From NCBI GenBank assembly GCA_964496465.1, contig CAZBZX010000003.1, forward strand, positions 1-36,047: a stretch of 36,047 nt of DNA. Reading direction: 5' to 3'. Every line of letters starts with the position of its first letter. The first letter of the stretch is position 1. Made by a program: the position numbers and the translations under genes. This DNA is from an uncultured Bacteroidales bacterium. Lineage in GTDB: Bacteria; Bacteroidota; Bacteroidia; Bacteroidales; CAYFUP01. Positions 1-9,621 of the stretch are shown in pieces. The notes under the pieces were generated by a model, which made no database searches, was not told the DNA's origin, and was given only the letters and a program-made list of their open reading frames with translations.

Positions 1-55
1 CGACGGTTATAATTCACACAAATAATTAATTTTATATATTTATTTATAACCTATG

Positions 56-95
56 AGGTTTGCTAAACCTTGTTTATATTTGTTTTATTTAAAAG
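56..95 (+). terminator. Possible intrinsic terminator for the unseen upstream gene
   Basis: 6-bp hairpin AGGTTT(56-61)/AAACCT(65-70) with a GCT loop, followed by the T-rich run TTGTTTATATTTGTTTTATTT. The stem is short and AT-rich, so this is weak. Confidence 0.25.
75..82 (+). promoter_or_regulatory. Candidate Bacteroidota -7 promoter box (TAnnTTTG) for queD
   Basis: TATATTTG at 75-82, 21 nt upstream of ATG 103. This argues that the TTG at 70 used by the ORF track is not the real start. Confidence 0.3.
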
Positions 96-102
96 TGGAT
101 AT

Positions 103-549
103 ATGGCAAAAATAAGACTGACAAAGGAATTTGATTTTGAAATGGCTCATGCATTATGGAATTACGATGGTCCATGTAAAAATATTCACGGGCATTCATA
201 TAAGCTTTTTGTTACAGTTATTGGCGAACCGATTAATAATGATAAAAATGTGAAAGATGGCATGCTGATTGATTTTGGTGACTTGAAGAAAATCGTTCGT
301 ACTATTATTATTAACATTTTTGATCACTCAGTTGTTGTCAGTTCAAAAGCTCCTCATCATTTACTACAAACCATTGAACAAATGTTTGAAAAATATGAAG
401 TTGTGAATTTCCAGCCTACATGTGAAAATTTAGTTGTTGATTTTGCAGCCAGAATTAAGCAAAGTCTACCTGAAGGGGTACAATTACATAGTGTTAAACT
501 TTCCGAAACTGCAACATCATTTGCTGAATGGTTTCAATCAGATAATTAA
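103..549 (+). CDS. queD: 6-carboxy-5,6,7,8-tetrahydropterin synthase (QueD / PTPS family)
   Basis: MAKIRLTKEFDFEMAHAL... N-terminus and the Cys-x3-His-Gly-His motif (CKNIHGHSYKL) are typical of QueD/6-pyruvoyl-tetrahydropterin synthase. Start moved from TTG 70 to ATG 103. Confidence 0.85.
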   Translation: MAKIRLTKEFDFEMAHALWNYDGPCKNIHGHSYKLFVTVIGEPINNDKNVKDGMLIDFGDLKKIVRTIIINIFDHSVVVSSKAPHHLLQTIEQMFEKYEVVNFQPTCENLVVDFAARIKQSLPEGVQLHSVKLSETATSFAEWFQSDN

Positions 550-592
550 TTTTTAAATATTATCTAATTTTAATTTATTCCAATAATCTTAT

Positions 593-643
593 AATAGCAA
601 TTTTTGTTAAGAATACTTTTCAAAATAGCAATTCTTGTCAAGA
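593..643 (+). promoter_or_regulatory. Two 20-nt direct repeats (possible transcription-factor binding sites) upstream of trmO
   Basis: AATAGCAATTTTTGTTAAGA (593-612) and AATAGCAATTCTTGTCAAGA (624-643) match at 18/20 positions with a 31-nt period. They lie just upstream of a TAnnTTTG box at 663-670. Confidence 0.35.
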
Positions 644-662
644 CGAATTTACTTTTACATTT

Positions 663-670
663 TATTTTTG
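663..670 (+). promoter_or_regulatory. Candidate -7 promoter box (TAnnTTTG) for trmO
   Basis: TATTTTTG at 663-670, 48 nt upstream of ATG 718. Confidence 0.3.
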
Positions 671-717
671 CCCTAATTATCGGTAAGAGTTAAATTATTA
701 ATTTAAATAAAATAAAA

Positions 718-1194
718 ATGGGAAAAGATATTCAAATAAAATCCATTGGAACAGTAAATTCCGTAAATGGGATGTATGCAATACAATTAGAAAAAGAATT
801 TATACCAGCACTTACTAACATTAGTGGTTTTAGTCATCTTCAAATAATTTGGTGGGGTCATCTTTATGACACTCCGCAAAATAGAACTTCAATAGTTATT
901 GATAAACCTTATAAAAAGGGGCCGGAAAAACTGGGTGTTTTTGCCACCAGATCTGAAATGCGGCCTAATCCAATTCTTATTTCAACAATTATGGTTTATG
1001 AGATTGATGTTGAGAAAGGGATCATATTTACTCCGTATATTGATGCTGAAGATGGAACTGCAGTATTGGATATTAAGCCGTATCACAAGATTGAAAGGAT
1101 CAATGATTGTGTCGTGCCTCAATGGTGCGAGCATTGGCCAACATGGTATGAGGAAGCAGCTACTTTTAATTGGCAAAACGAATTTAATTTTTAA
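718..1194 (+). CDS. trmO: tRNA (N6-threonylcarbamoyladenosine(37)-N6)-methyltransferase TrmO (TsaA/YaeB, UPF0066 family)
   Basis: Characteristic TsaA-like beta-barrel motifs: FSHLQIIWW, GVFATRSEMRPNPILIS, DGTAVLDIKPY. Confidence 0.8.
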   Translation: MGKDIQIKSIGTVNSVNGMYAIQLEKEFIPALTNISGFSHLQIIWWGHLYDTPQNRTSIVIDKPYKKGPEKLGVFATRSEMRPNPILISTIMVYEIDVEKGIIFTPYIDAEDGTAVLDIKPYHKIERINDCVVPQWCEHWPTWYEEAATFNWQNEFNF

Positions 1195-1205
1195 TTCATC
1201 TATTT

Positions 1206-1240
1206 ACACCTTGTGAAATAATTTTGCAAGGTGTATTTTT
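1206..1240 (+). terminator. Rho-independent terminator after trmO
   Basis: Perfect 8-bp stem ACACCTTG(1206-1213)/CAAGGTGT(1227-1234) with a 13-nt loop, followed by ATTTTT. It sits 12 nt after the trmO stop. The loop also contains TAATTTTG (1219-1226), a possible -7 box for the next gene. Confidence 0.6.
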
Positions 1241-1249
1241 ATAGATATT

Positions 1250-2113
1250 ATGACAAATAAAGATATTATATTAAAAGCCGTAACATACATTGAGAACAAT
1301 TTAATGAAAGAAATTGCTGTTTTTGATATATCTCAGGAAGTATGTTATTCGCTTTATCATTTTATCAGGTTATTTCAAAGTATTACTGGCTTTTCACCGA
1401 AAAATTATTTACAACAACGCAGATTAACCGAAGCTGTTTATGAATTGAAAAATACAAACAAAAAAATTGCAAATATTGCATATGATCTTCAATTTGGAAG
1501 TCCGGAGACTTTTTCACGCGCCTTTCGAAATCATTTTAATATAAATCCTTCAGATGTGCGAAAAGGTTATTTACTTTCAACATTACCACTATTGAATCCA
1601 ATTACACCAGAATACATTTATCAATCAGATAAAGTTCGTTGTATACCCCCTGAATTAGTCGATCTTTCTGAAAGGATTCTTATTGGGACATCATTTTTTG
1701 TGAACGATAATAGCGAAATTAATGATTTGTCAAAAGAATGGGGACGTTTTATGAATGAGGTTCAAAGCATAAAAAATATAATTATTCCTGAACGTTATTA
1801 CCAGGTTCAATATTGGTCTGAGAAACAAGACATAGGCGGAATGTTTTTCTTTACAGGAATAGAGGTTATAAAAGCTGAAAATATAAATCCGTTGTTCGTT
1901 ATAAAAACAATTCCTTCCGGAAGGTATTTAAAATTTATCCATAAAGGATTGGCAAATAAAGTTGGATATACTTATAAATACATATATAACCAGTTTTTAC
2001 CTGACACACAATATAAGTTGACCAAACCTTTCAATTTTGAGTATTATGGAGAAAAATGCCTTGGTCCATATGATGAACAATCTGAAAGTGAGATATATAT
2101 CCCAGTTGAATAG
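1250..2113 (+). CDS. AraC-family transcriptional regulator with C-terminal GyrI-like effector-binding domain
   Basis: N-terminal AraC-type HTH (SLYHFIRLFQSITGFSPKNYLQQRRL...; GSPETFSRAFRNHFNINPSDVR). The ~160-aa C-terminal part ends in the GyrI-like pattern (FEYYGE...SEIYIPV). Confidence 0.8.
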   Translation: MTNKDIILKAVTYIENNLMKEIAVFDISQEVCYSLYHFIRLFQSITGFSPKNYLQQRRLTEAVYELKNTNKKIANIAYDLQFGSPETFSRAFRNHFNINPSDVRKGYLLSTLPLLNPITPEYIYQSDKVRCIPPELVDLSERILIGTSFFVNDNSEINDLSKEWGRFMNEVQSIKNIIIPERYYQVQYWSEKQDIGGMFFFTGIEVIKAENINPLFVIKTIPSGRYLKFIHKGLANKVGYTYKYIYNQFLPDTQYKLTKPFNFEYYGEKCLGPYDEQSESEIYIPVE

Positions 2114-2217
2114 CTTTCTCTTCTCAATAGTAATCACATATTTCATTATTTTTTCAGATATTTATCCGAGACTTTTTTAAGTTGTTCAGGTATTTATAAT
2201 AAGCGATACTAAAACAA

Positions 2218-2748
2218 ATGGAAAATCTATCTGACGAATATATCATGGAAAAAGTAAAACAAGGTAATTTAGATTACCTTGCTATTATTTTCGATAGATA
2301 TAATAATCAGGTGTTGAACTACTTTTTTAGGATGTCGCATGACTATGAAAACAGCCGTGATCTGACCCAATCATTATTTTTTAGATTAATAAAATATAAG
2401 AAATCGTTTAAGCAGAGTATGACATTTAAAAACTGGCTATTTATAATGGCTAAAAATATATTAATTGATTATTTCAATAAAAAGTACAAAAATATTGTTA
2501 ATCAAGAATATATTTTGAAAGAAATATATAATAATAAGAAAGATGATCAGGAAGAAAAGGACAAATCACTTTTTGCAGCAATATCAAAATTACCACTAGA
2601 ATATAAAGAGCTTATCATTTTAAGTAAGTTTTGTAAGTACAAAAATGATGAGCTAGCAGAGATCTATGATTCATCAATAGCCTCCATAAAGAATAAACTT
2701 TATAGGGCATTAATTAAATTGAAGGAAATTTATTTTGAAACCGATTAA
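2218..2748 (+). CDS. ECF-type RNA polymerase sigma-70 family factor
   Basis: Region 2 (DLTQSLFFRLIKY...FKNWLFIMAKNILIDYF) and region 4 HTH (LPLEYKELIILSKF...DELAEIYDSSIASIKNKLYRALIKLKE), at ECF-typical size. Confidence 0.85.
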   Translation: MENLSDEYIMEKVKQGNLDYLAIIFDRYNNQVLNYFFRMSHDYENSRDLTQSLFFRLIKYKKSFKQSMTFKNWLFIMAKNILIDYFNKKYKNIVNQEYILKEIYNNKKDDQEEKDKSLFAAISKLPLEYKELIILSKFCKYKNDELAEIYDSSIASIKNKLYRALIKLKEIYFETD

Positions 2749-2758
2749 TGAGTGAATT

Positions 2759-3523
2759 ATGAAATGTAAAGAGTTTCAGTTGTTGTTTGTTGATATAATT
2801 GAAGGTTCAACAGACATTGATCCGAAAGATAAAAAGGATTTTTTTAATCATTTAATAGAGTGTAAAGTGTGTGCAAAGGAATTCGAAAAATTGAAGGAAC
2901 TAAATACTCAGCTACTTCAAGTAAAGCTTATAGAAACAGATACGGCTTTAAAAAACGAATTTTCAGCTAACTTAGAAAGGGATAAAGCAAAACAAAAAAA
3001 TTCAGTACGATCTTTATTTCATCTGTCTTATAAAGTTGCTGCCGGTGTTTCGCTTTTTATTCTTGGAAGTTTATTTGGATATTATTTCACTATAAACAAT
3101 AAAGTTACCAAGCTAGAAGAGGAGGTAGTGGAATTAAAACATTCTTATACTACTACCATTTTAAAAGAACAAACTATAAGCGCTAAAATAAAAGCCATTG
3201 GATATTTTAATGGGGAAAATATAATTGATAATGATTTTTTGAAAATATTACAGGACCTTTTAAATAATGATGATAATGTGAATGTGCGCTTGGCTGCAGC
3301 TAATGCATTATTCAAATATAGCAATCAGCAAGAAGTAAAAGCAATTTTAATAGAATCACTAGTTGACCAAACCGAACCAATGGTACAAATTGAATTAATT
3401 AATTTTTTAGTTCACAATAATGAAAAGCAAGCTATAGAATTGTTGCAAACAATAATTTCAAATAATGAAGCAAATAGAATAGTTAAGCAATATGCAAATA
3501 AGGGTTTAAAAGTACTTTTATAA
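2759..3523 (+). CDS. ZAS-type anti-sigma factor with one TM helix and a C-terminal HEAT-like repeat domain
   Basis: HxxxCxxC zinc motif HLIECKVC (nt 2849-2872), TM segment VAAGVSLFILGSLFGYYFTI, and a C-terminal HEAT-like repeat (DDNVNVRLAAANALFKY...EPMVQIELINFLV). The gap after the sigma gene is 10 nt. Confidence 0.75.
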   Translation: MKCKEFQLLFVDIIEGSTDIDPKDKKDFFNHLIECKVCAKEFEKLKELNTQLLQVKLIETDTALKNEFSANLERDKAKQKNSVRSLFHLSYKVAAGVSLFILGSLFGYYFTINNKVTKLEEEVVELKHSYTTTILKEQTISAKIKAIGYFNGENIIDNDFLKILQDLLNNDDNVNVRLAAANALFKYSNQQEVKAILIESLVDQTEPMVQIELINFLVHNNEKQAIELLQTIISNNEANRIVKQYANKGLKVLL

Positions 3524-3596
3524 ATTTATCAATTAAAAACTGTTAATATGGCCAATTTCCAGTTTTAATTTAAATAATAATTTAAAATTTAAAGCA

Positions 3597-4487
3597 ATGA
3601 AAACCTTAATAAATATTATAGCCATTTCGTTAACCACGATAAATCTCTTCTCTCAAAAATTAGAGAAAAAAATAGAAAGTATTAAAAAAGTTGAGATCTA
3701 CGATCTAAATGGTGGAATTAAAATTGATGGAAATAGATCTGATAAACTTGTAATTGAGCGCTTAGAAGACAATGATTTGTCAATCATTACAATTGACAAA
3801 TCAAGCATGCAATATAAGAAGGACAACACTCAATTAGGATTAAATTTTAAAGTTATTGGAAAAACTTTAAAAATAAGCCCTTCAAATACTAAGGCTCAGT
3901 TTGCCAATTATTCTATCGATTTGCCAAAAGAGATTATTATTTCTATAGAGAGTGAAATGGATATTCCAATAAGAAAAAATAATAATAATATTGAAATTGA
4001 ATATAATGTATCCAATTACAGTAGTATACAAATAAAAGACATGACAAACGAATTGAATATTGATGTATTTGTCTCAGATTTTGTTATAAAAAATATATCA
4101 GGACCTGTTTTTCTTTCAGCATTTGCTGGATCGGTTGAAATTAATTATGCAAAATACAACCAGGAAAACCCTTCTATGATTAATCTTTTGGCTGGTGATA
4201 TTGAAATATCCTTACCATTCGATTCGAAATTTAACATTGAAGCTGGCGCTTTAGGTAAAATTGCATCTGATTTTACGATTAAAGATGCAATCATTGATTT
4301 ACCAACAGAATCAATATCTAAAAACAAAATTTCGGGAAGAGAATTAAAGAAATATGAGAATATACAGAAGATAAAAGGTAAAGTAAACAAGGGGGGCAGC
4401 CAATTAAGTGTTTCCACACTTACAGGAAATATAAAACTCATTGCAACCAATTATCCTGTTATATATCCTGTGATCGTTCCTAATTAA
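3597..4487 (+). CDS. Secreted DUF4097-like (putative adhesin / beta-helical) protein
   Basis: N-terminal signal peptide and repetitive beta-strand-rich sequence, with the typical terminal motif ...STLTGNIKL. A sigma/anti-sigma/DUF4097 triad is a recurrent arrangement. Confidence 0.55.
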   Translation: MKTLINIIAISLTTINLFSQKLEKKIESIKKVEIYDLNGGIKIDGNRSDKLVIERLEDNDLSIITIDKSSMQYKKDNTQLGLNFKVIGKTLKISPSNTKAQFANYSIDLPKEIIISIESEMDIPIRKNNNNIEIEYNVSNYSSIQIKDMTNELNIDVFVSDFVIKNISGPVFLSAFAGSVEINYAKYNQENPSMINLLAGDIEISLPFDSKFNIEAGALGKIASDFTIKDAIIDLPTESISKNKISGRELKKYENIQKIKGKVNKGGSQLSVSTLTGNIKLIATNYPVIYPVIVPN

Positions 4488-4503
4488 AAGTATGCTATAT
4501 TAG

Positions 4504-4534
4504 GTGTCTAAAAAGATACAAACTTTTTAGACAC
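4504..4534 (+). terminator. Rho-independent terminator ending the sigma/anti-sigma/DUF4097 operon
   Basis: Perfect 12-bp stem GTGTCTAAAAAG(4504-4515)/CTTTTTAGACAC(4523-4534) with a 7-nt loop, 17 nt after the stop codon. Confidence 0.65.
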
Positions 4535-4604
4535 TATCGTTTATAATTAATTAATATTTCCAAAAACATCTAAATTCTTATCCTTATCTTTAGGGTAAAA
4601 AATT

Positions 4605-7403
4605 ATGCCAGACAGTAAAAAACTCATTTTAATTGATGCCTATTCCCTTATATATCGTGCATATTATGCTTTTATAAAAAACCCGAGAATAAATTCGAAG
4701 GGATTAAATACTTCTGCTATTTTTGGTTTTGTAAATTCCTTACTTGATGTTATAAATAAAGAAAATCCAACGCATATTGCAGTTGCTTTTGATCCTCCCG
4801 GGCCTACTTTCAGGCATGATTTTTTTGCAGAATATAAAGCTAATCGTGACGCCACTCCTGAAGATATCTTAAAAGCGGTTCCGCATATTAAAGAAATTAT
4901 TGATGCTTTGAATATCCAGAGAATTGAAGAATATGGCTTTGAAGCCGATGATGTAATTGGAACGTTGGCAAATAAAGCTGAAAAGGAGGGATTTGAAGTT
5001 ATCATGTATACACCTGATAAAGATTATTGTCAGTTGGTTACTGAAAAGGTTTATATGCTTAAACCTGGTCGAAGTGGAAATGATGCCGAGTTAGTTACAC
5101 CTAAAGAAGTTTGTGAAAATTTTAATATTGATGATCCTAAAAAAGTGATTGATGTGTTGGGATTATGGGGCGATAGTTCAGATAACATTCCGGGTGCACC
5201 GGGAATTGGGGAAAAAGGGGCAAAGAAATTGATAAATGAATATGGCTCAATAGAAGGTGTATATAATAATATTGATCAATTAAAAGGAAAACTGCAGGAG
5301 AATTTAGTAAACTTCAAAGATCAAGTAGAACTTTCTAAGCGGTTGGCAACTATTAAATTAGATGTTCCTGTTGAAGTAAAATTTGATGAATTTGCTCTGA
5401 ATGAACCAGATACAGATGAATTAGCAAAAATATTTGGTGAATTAGAGTTTCGGACTTTACTCGACAGGATAAATAAAAAATCGACTTCATTTAGTGAAGA
5501 AAAGAAACCTCAAAAAAGTCCAGATGTTTTTCAGGGATCTCTATTTGATATAGCTGGACAAACAGTACAAACTCCTGAAAATTCACAATATAAAACAATT
5601 AAAGATATTAGCAGAAATTATCATTTTGTTGATAGTCTTGAAAAGGCAGTTGGGCTGATTGATAAACTTTCTCAATTAGAAGAGTTATGTTTTGATACGG
5701 AAACAACAGGACTGGATGTTTATACAGCAGAACTGGTCGGTTTATCGTTTTGTTTTAAAACAAATGAAGCATATTATGTTCCGGTTCCAACTGATAAGGT
5801 GAAAGCAAAAGAATTACTTAATCTATTTAAAACAGTTTTTGAAAGAAATAATATTTTGAAAATTGGACAAAATATAAAATTCGATGCCCAAATTTTACGA
5901 AATTATTCTATTGAAGTAAAAGGAAAGTGGTTCGATACCATGCTGGCACATTATTTACTTCAGCCTGAACAACGTCATAATCTCGGTTTTTTATCTGAAA
6001 AATATTTAGAATATTCGCCAATTCCTATTGAAGCATTAATTGGGAAAAAAGGGAAAAATCAGTTAACTATGCGGTCAGTTTCTGCAGAAAAAATAACTGA
6101 TTATGCCTGCGAGGATGCCGATTTGACTTTTCAGTTAAAGCAAATACTTAAAAAAGAATTGGAAGATGAGATTCTTTTAGATCTTTTTGAAAAATTAGAA
6201 ATGCCATTAGTAAGGGTATTGATCGATATTGAAGAAGCCGGGTTTAATCTTGATACTGATGCTTTAAATAAATATGGTGAAGAACTTAGAATTGAATTGA
6301 TTAAAATTGAAGATGAAATTTTACAATTAGCTGGTGTTGATTTTAATATTTTATCACCAAAGCAATTGGGTGAAGTTTTATTTGAAAAGTTGAAAATTGA
6401 TTCTACAACTAAAACAAGTAAGACAAAACAATATTCAACCAGTGAAGAAATACTATTAAAATTATTAGATAAGCACCCTATAATTGAAAAAATACTTGAA
6501 TTCAGATCGCTTAAAAAGCTGTTATCCACTTATGTTGAGGCTTTACCAAAACTAATACATCCAAAAACTAACAAAATTCACACTTCTTTTAATCAAGCTG
6601 TTACAGCAACAGGAAGGTTAAGTTCTAATAATCCTAATTTACAGAACATTCCAATCAGGGAAGAAAGAGGAAGGGAAATACGGAAGTCTTTTATTCCTTC
6701 CGATAATAATCATGTATTATTAGCTGCTGACTATTCACAAATAGAACTCCGGTTAATGGCACACATGAGTAGGGATGAAAATATGCTGGAGGCATTTAAT
6801 AATAATGAAGATATTCATACTACCACAGCTGCAAAAATTAATAAAATTCAAATTTCCGAAGTAACAAAAGATATGCGCAGTAGTGCAAAAACTGCCAATT
6901 TTGGAATTATTTATGGCATTTCTTCTTTCGGTTTATCGCAACGTTTGCAAATTTCACGAAGTGATGCGAAATCATTAATTGATGGATATTTTGATGTTTA
7001 CCCCAAAGTAAAAACTTACATGGATGATTCTATTTATAAGGCTCGTGAAAAAGGTTATGTGTTAACTTTAATGGGAAGAAAAAGAGTGCTAAGTGATATT
7101 AATTCAAGAAATGCTACAGTTCGCGGATTTGCCGAACGTAATGCAATAAATGCCCCAATTCAGGGTTCAGCTGCTGACATTATTAAAGTGGCGATGATCA
7201 ATATTCATAAAAAGCTTGTTGAGGAAAATTATAAAACAAAGATGATTTTGCAGGTACATGATGAGTTAATTTTTGATGTTCCACGTGAAGAAATTGAAAA
7301 AGTGAAAATAATGGTAAAAACGGAGATGGAGAATGTAATGAAGCTAAAGATTCCCTTAATTGTGGATATTGGCATTGGAAATAACTGGTTGGAAGCACAC
7401 TAA
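4605..7403 (+). CDS. polA: DNA polymerase I (5'-3' exonuclease, 3'-5' exonuclease and polymerase domains)
   Basis: 5' nuclease motifs (GLWGDSSDNIPGAPGIGEKGA), 3'-5' exo motif (FDTETTGLD), Pol A-family motif A (LLAADYSQIELR), motif B (RSSAKTANFGIIYG) and motif C (QVHDELIF). Length is 932 aa. Confidence 0.97.
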   Translation: MPDSKKLILIDAYSLIYRAYYAFIKNPRINSKGLNTSAIFGFVNSLLDVINKENPTHIAVAFDPPGPTFRHDFFAEYKANRDATPEDILKAVPHIKEIIDALNIQRIEEYGFEADDVIGTLANKAEKEGFEVIMYTPDKDYCQLVTEKVYMLKPGRSGNDAELVTPKEVCENFNIDDPKKVIDVLGLWGDSSDNIPGAPGIGEKGAKKLINEYGSIEGVYNNIDQLKGKLQENLVNFKDQVELSKRLATIKLDVPVEVKFDEFALNEPDTDELAKIFGELEFRTLLDRINKKSTSFSEEKKPQKSPDVFQGSLFDIAGQTVQTPENSQYKTIKDISRNYHFVDSLEKAVGLIDKLSQLEELCFDTETTGLDVYTAELVGLSFCFKTNEAYYVPVPTDKVKAKELLNLFKTVFERNNILKIGQNIKFDAQILRNYSIEVKGKWFDTMLAHYLLQPEQRHNLGFLSEKYLEYSPIPIEALIGKKGKNQLTMRSVSAEKITDYACEDADLTFQLKQILKKELEDEILLDLFEKLEMPLVRVLIDIEEAGFNLDTDALNKYGEELRIELIKIEDEILQLAGVDFNILSPKQLGEVLFEKLKIDSTTKTSKTKQYSTSEEILLKLLDKHPIIEKILEFRSLKKLLSTYVEALPKLIHPKTNKIHTSFNQAVTATGRLSSNNPNLQNIPIREERGREIRKSFIPSDNNHVLLAADYSQIELRLMAHMSRDENMLEAFNNNEDIHTTTAAKINKIQISEVTKDMRSSAKTANFGIIYGISSFGLSQRLQISRSDAKSLIDGYFDVYPKVKTYMDDSIYKAREKGYVLTLMGRKRVLSDINSRNATVRGFAERNAINAPIQGSAADIIKVAMINIHKKLVEENYKTKMILQVHDELIFDVPREEIEKVKIMVKTEMENVMKLKIPLIVDIGIGNNWLEAH

Positions 7404-7429
7404 TTTTAATGAATAATTAATAATGTATA

Positions 7430-8968
7430 ATGAAAAATGCAATACTATTTCTTTTGTTTTTAACAATTGTCCTGGCTTGTAAAGATGAGTCAAAAGTACT
7501 TTTAGTTAATAATGATTGTTATGCCAATTTAATCCCCAAACCAGTTGAAGTCATTCAACATGAAAACATTTTTTCTTTTAATAAACGATCAAGAATTTAC
7601 ATCGACCAAGATAATTCAGAACTATACCGTATTGCAGATTACCTCGGTGAAATTATTCGTCCTGCTACTGGATATGAATTTAAGATTAAAACCACCTCTT
7701 TAATCAAACAAAAAGGTAGCATTTATTTGGTTACTGAAGATGCTGATTCCTCGATTGGAAAAGAAGGTTATGAAATAGAAATTACCGAAAAAGCCATTTT
7801 TATTAAATCGCCATTTTCTGAAGGTTTATTTCGAGGTGTCCAAACATTGCGACAATTACTTCCTAAAGAAATTGAAAAAGATTCATTGTTAAATGCAGCG
7901 ATACAAATAAAAAACGGATATATTAAAGATTATCCCCGGTTTGAATGGAGAGGAGCTATGCTTGATGTGGCGAGGCATTTTTTTAGTGTGAATGATGTGA
8001 AAAGGTATATCGATATCCTTTCAATGTATAAAATAAACCGATTTCATATTCATTTATCCGATGATCAGGGATGGCGGATAGAGATTAAATCCTGGCCAAA
8101 ATTAACAGAAATAGGTTCTAAATCGGCAGTTGGAAATTATCCAGGAGGATTTTATACACAGAAACAGTTTATCGAGATTATTAAATATGCTGAAGATCGA
8201 TACATTACAGTTATTCCTGAAATTGATATGCCAGGCCATATGAATGCTGCATTAGCATCATATGCTGAATTGAATTGTGATGGAATTGCCAGCAGCCCTT
8301 ATACTGGTATGCGGGTTGGGTTCAGTTCATTATGTATTGATAAAGAGATAACCTATCAATTTTTAGATAATGTTATAAGAGAAATCAGCGAAATTTCACT
8401 TGGAAAATACATTCATATAGGAGGGGATGAAGCGCATTCGACTAATTTAAAAGATTATAAAGTATTTATTGAGAAGACTCGTGATATTTTACTGAAATAT
8501 AATAAAATAATGGTGGGATGGGAGGAAATTTCTCAAGCCGATATTGATGCATCAAGTTTGCTTCAACATTGGAATAGTAATCATGCAAAAAAAGGAGCCG
8601 AAATAGGATTAAGAGTTATTATGTCACCATCTGAAAAAGCATATCTCGATATGAAGTATGATTCATTAACAAATCTTGGTTTAGATTGGGCAGGAACTAC
8701 AAGTGTTCAGGATGCATATGAATGGGATCCGTCTGAAAGACTTGAAGGAGTTACGGATAAAAGTATTATTGGAGTTGAAGCTCCATTATGGTCAGAAACC
8801 ATTCATAATCTGAAAGAAATTGAATATATGGCTTTTCCACGAATAATTGGTCATGCTGAAATAGGGTGGTCATTACAAGAAAACAGGAACTGGGAGGAAT
8901 ATGAAGTAAGGTTGAATGATCAGTTGAAGCGGCTGGAATTGATAGGGGTGAACTATTATAAGAAATGA
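7430..8968 (+). CDS. Beta-N-acetylhexosaminidase, glycoside hydrolase family 20 (lipoprotein)
   Basis: GH20 motifs RFEWRGAMLDVARHFF, HIHLSDDQGWRIEI and the catalytic HIGGDEA. Lipoprotein-type signal peptide (...IVLAC). This is the only intact gene in the window ending in TGA. Confidence 0.9.
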   Translation: MKNAILFLLFLTIVLACKDESKVLLVNNDCYANLIPKPVEVIQHENIFSFNKRSRIYIDQDNSELYRIADYLGEIIRPATGYEFKIKTTSLIKQKGSIYLVTEDADSSIGKEGYEIEITEKAIFIKSPFSEGLFRGVQTLRQLLPKEIEKDSLLNAAIQIKNGYIKDYPRFEWRGAMLDVARHFFSVNDVKRYIDILSMYKINRFHIHLSDDQGWRIEIKSWPKLTEIGSKSAVGNYPGGFYTQKQFIEIIKYAEDRYITVIPEIDMPGHMNAALASYAELNCDGIASSPYTGMRVGFSSLCIDKEITYQFLDNVIREISEISLGKYIHIGGDEAHSTNLKDYKVFIEKTRDILLKYNKIMVGWEEISQADIDASSLLQHWNSNHAKKGAEIGLRVIMSPSEKAYLDMKYDSLTNLGLDWAGTTSVQDAYEWDPSERLEGVTDKSIIGVEAPLWSETIHNLKEIEYMAFPRIIGHAEIGWSLQENRNWEEYEVRLNDQLKRLELIGVNYYKK

Positions 8969-8978
8969 TGTATTGAAA

Positions 8979-9467
8979 ATGGAATCTCAATTAGAATTTA
9001 AAAAAATTGATAATAAAAATATTGGGTTTTTAAGGGAAATGTTATTTGAAGCTTTGTTTGTTCCTGAAGATAAAAAACCGTTTCCAAAGTCAATTATTGA
9101 TTCACCTGAAATTTCTAAATATATTAAAAATTGGGATAATTCTGATGATTTTGGACTTATTGCTCATTTTAATAAGGAATTAATCGGGGCAATTTGGGGA
9201 AGATTATTTATAGAAAGTAATAAAGGGTATGGATTTATTGATATAAATACTCCTGAATTAACCATGGCAATTAAGGACAAATATAGAAATCAGGGAATTG
9301 GAACAAAATTACTGGAAGAATTTATTATTCTGGCAAGGAGTAAGGGGCATAAAAATCTTTCATTAAGCGTAGATAAAAGAAATAAAGCTGTTTCTTTTTA
9401 TCAAAGAGCAGGATTTGAAATTGTGGATGAATTGGAAACCGCTTATACTATGAGTAAAAGATTATAA
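8979..9467 (+). CDS. GNAT-family N-acetyltransferase
   Basis: Acetyl-CoA binding motif RNQGIGTKLLEEF and the C-terminal FYQRAGFE pattern. Start moved from TTG 8973 to ATG 8979, 10 nt after the GH20 stop. Confidence 0.8.
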   Translation: MESQLEFKKIDNKNIGFLREMLFEALFVPEDKKPFPKSIIDSPEISKYIKNWDNSDDFGLIAHFNKELIGAIWGRLFIESNKGYGFIDINTPELTMAIKDKYRNQGIGTKLLEEFIILARSKGHKNLSLSVDKRNKAVSFYQRAGFEIVDELETAYTMSKRL

Positions 9468-9621
9468 TTATCTGTAATGGAGCCTTCCATATATCAAATT
9501 CAAAATCAATCGATATTTTTACTCTCTTTATCTATTAAATATTCTCATTTATATATTCAATGTCGTTCTCTTGAAATTTTAATTTAACTTTACCTCTATA
9601 TATATTAAAGTAATAATTGTA

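Noticed and set aside
1-102. A preQ1 riboswitch upstream of queD.
   Set aside because: Only a 6-bp AGGTTT/AAACCT hairpin is present, with no A-rich tail or pseudoknot-forming sequence resembling the preQ1-I or preQ1-II consensus. It looks more like the upstream gene's terminator followed by a promoter.
593-643. A possible mini-CRISPR or tandem repeat array.
   Set aside because: Only two copies are present, there are no cas genes and the repeat has no palindromic core. It is treated instead as a candidate regulator binding site.
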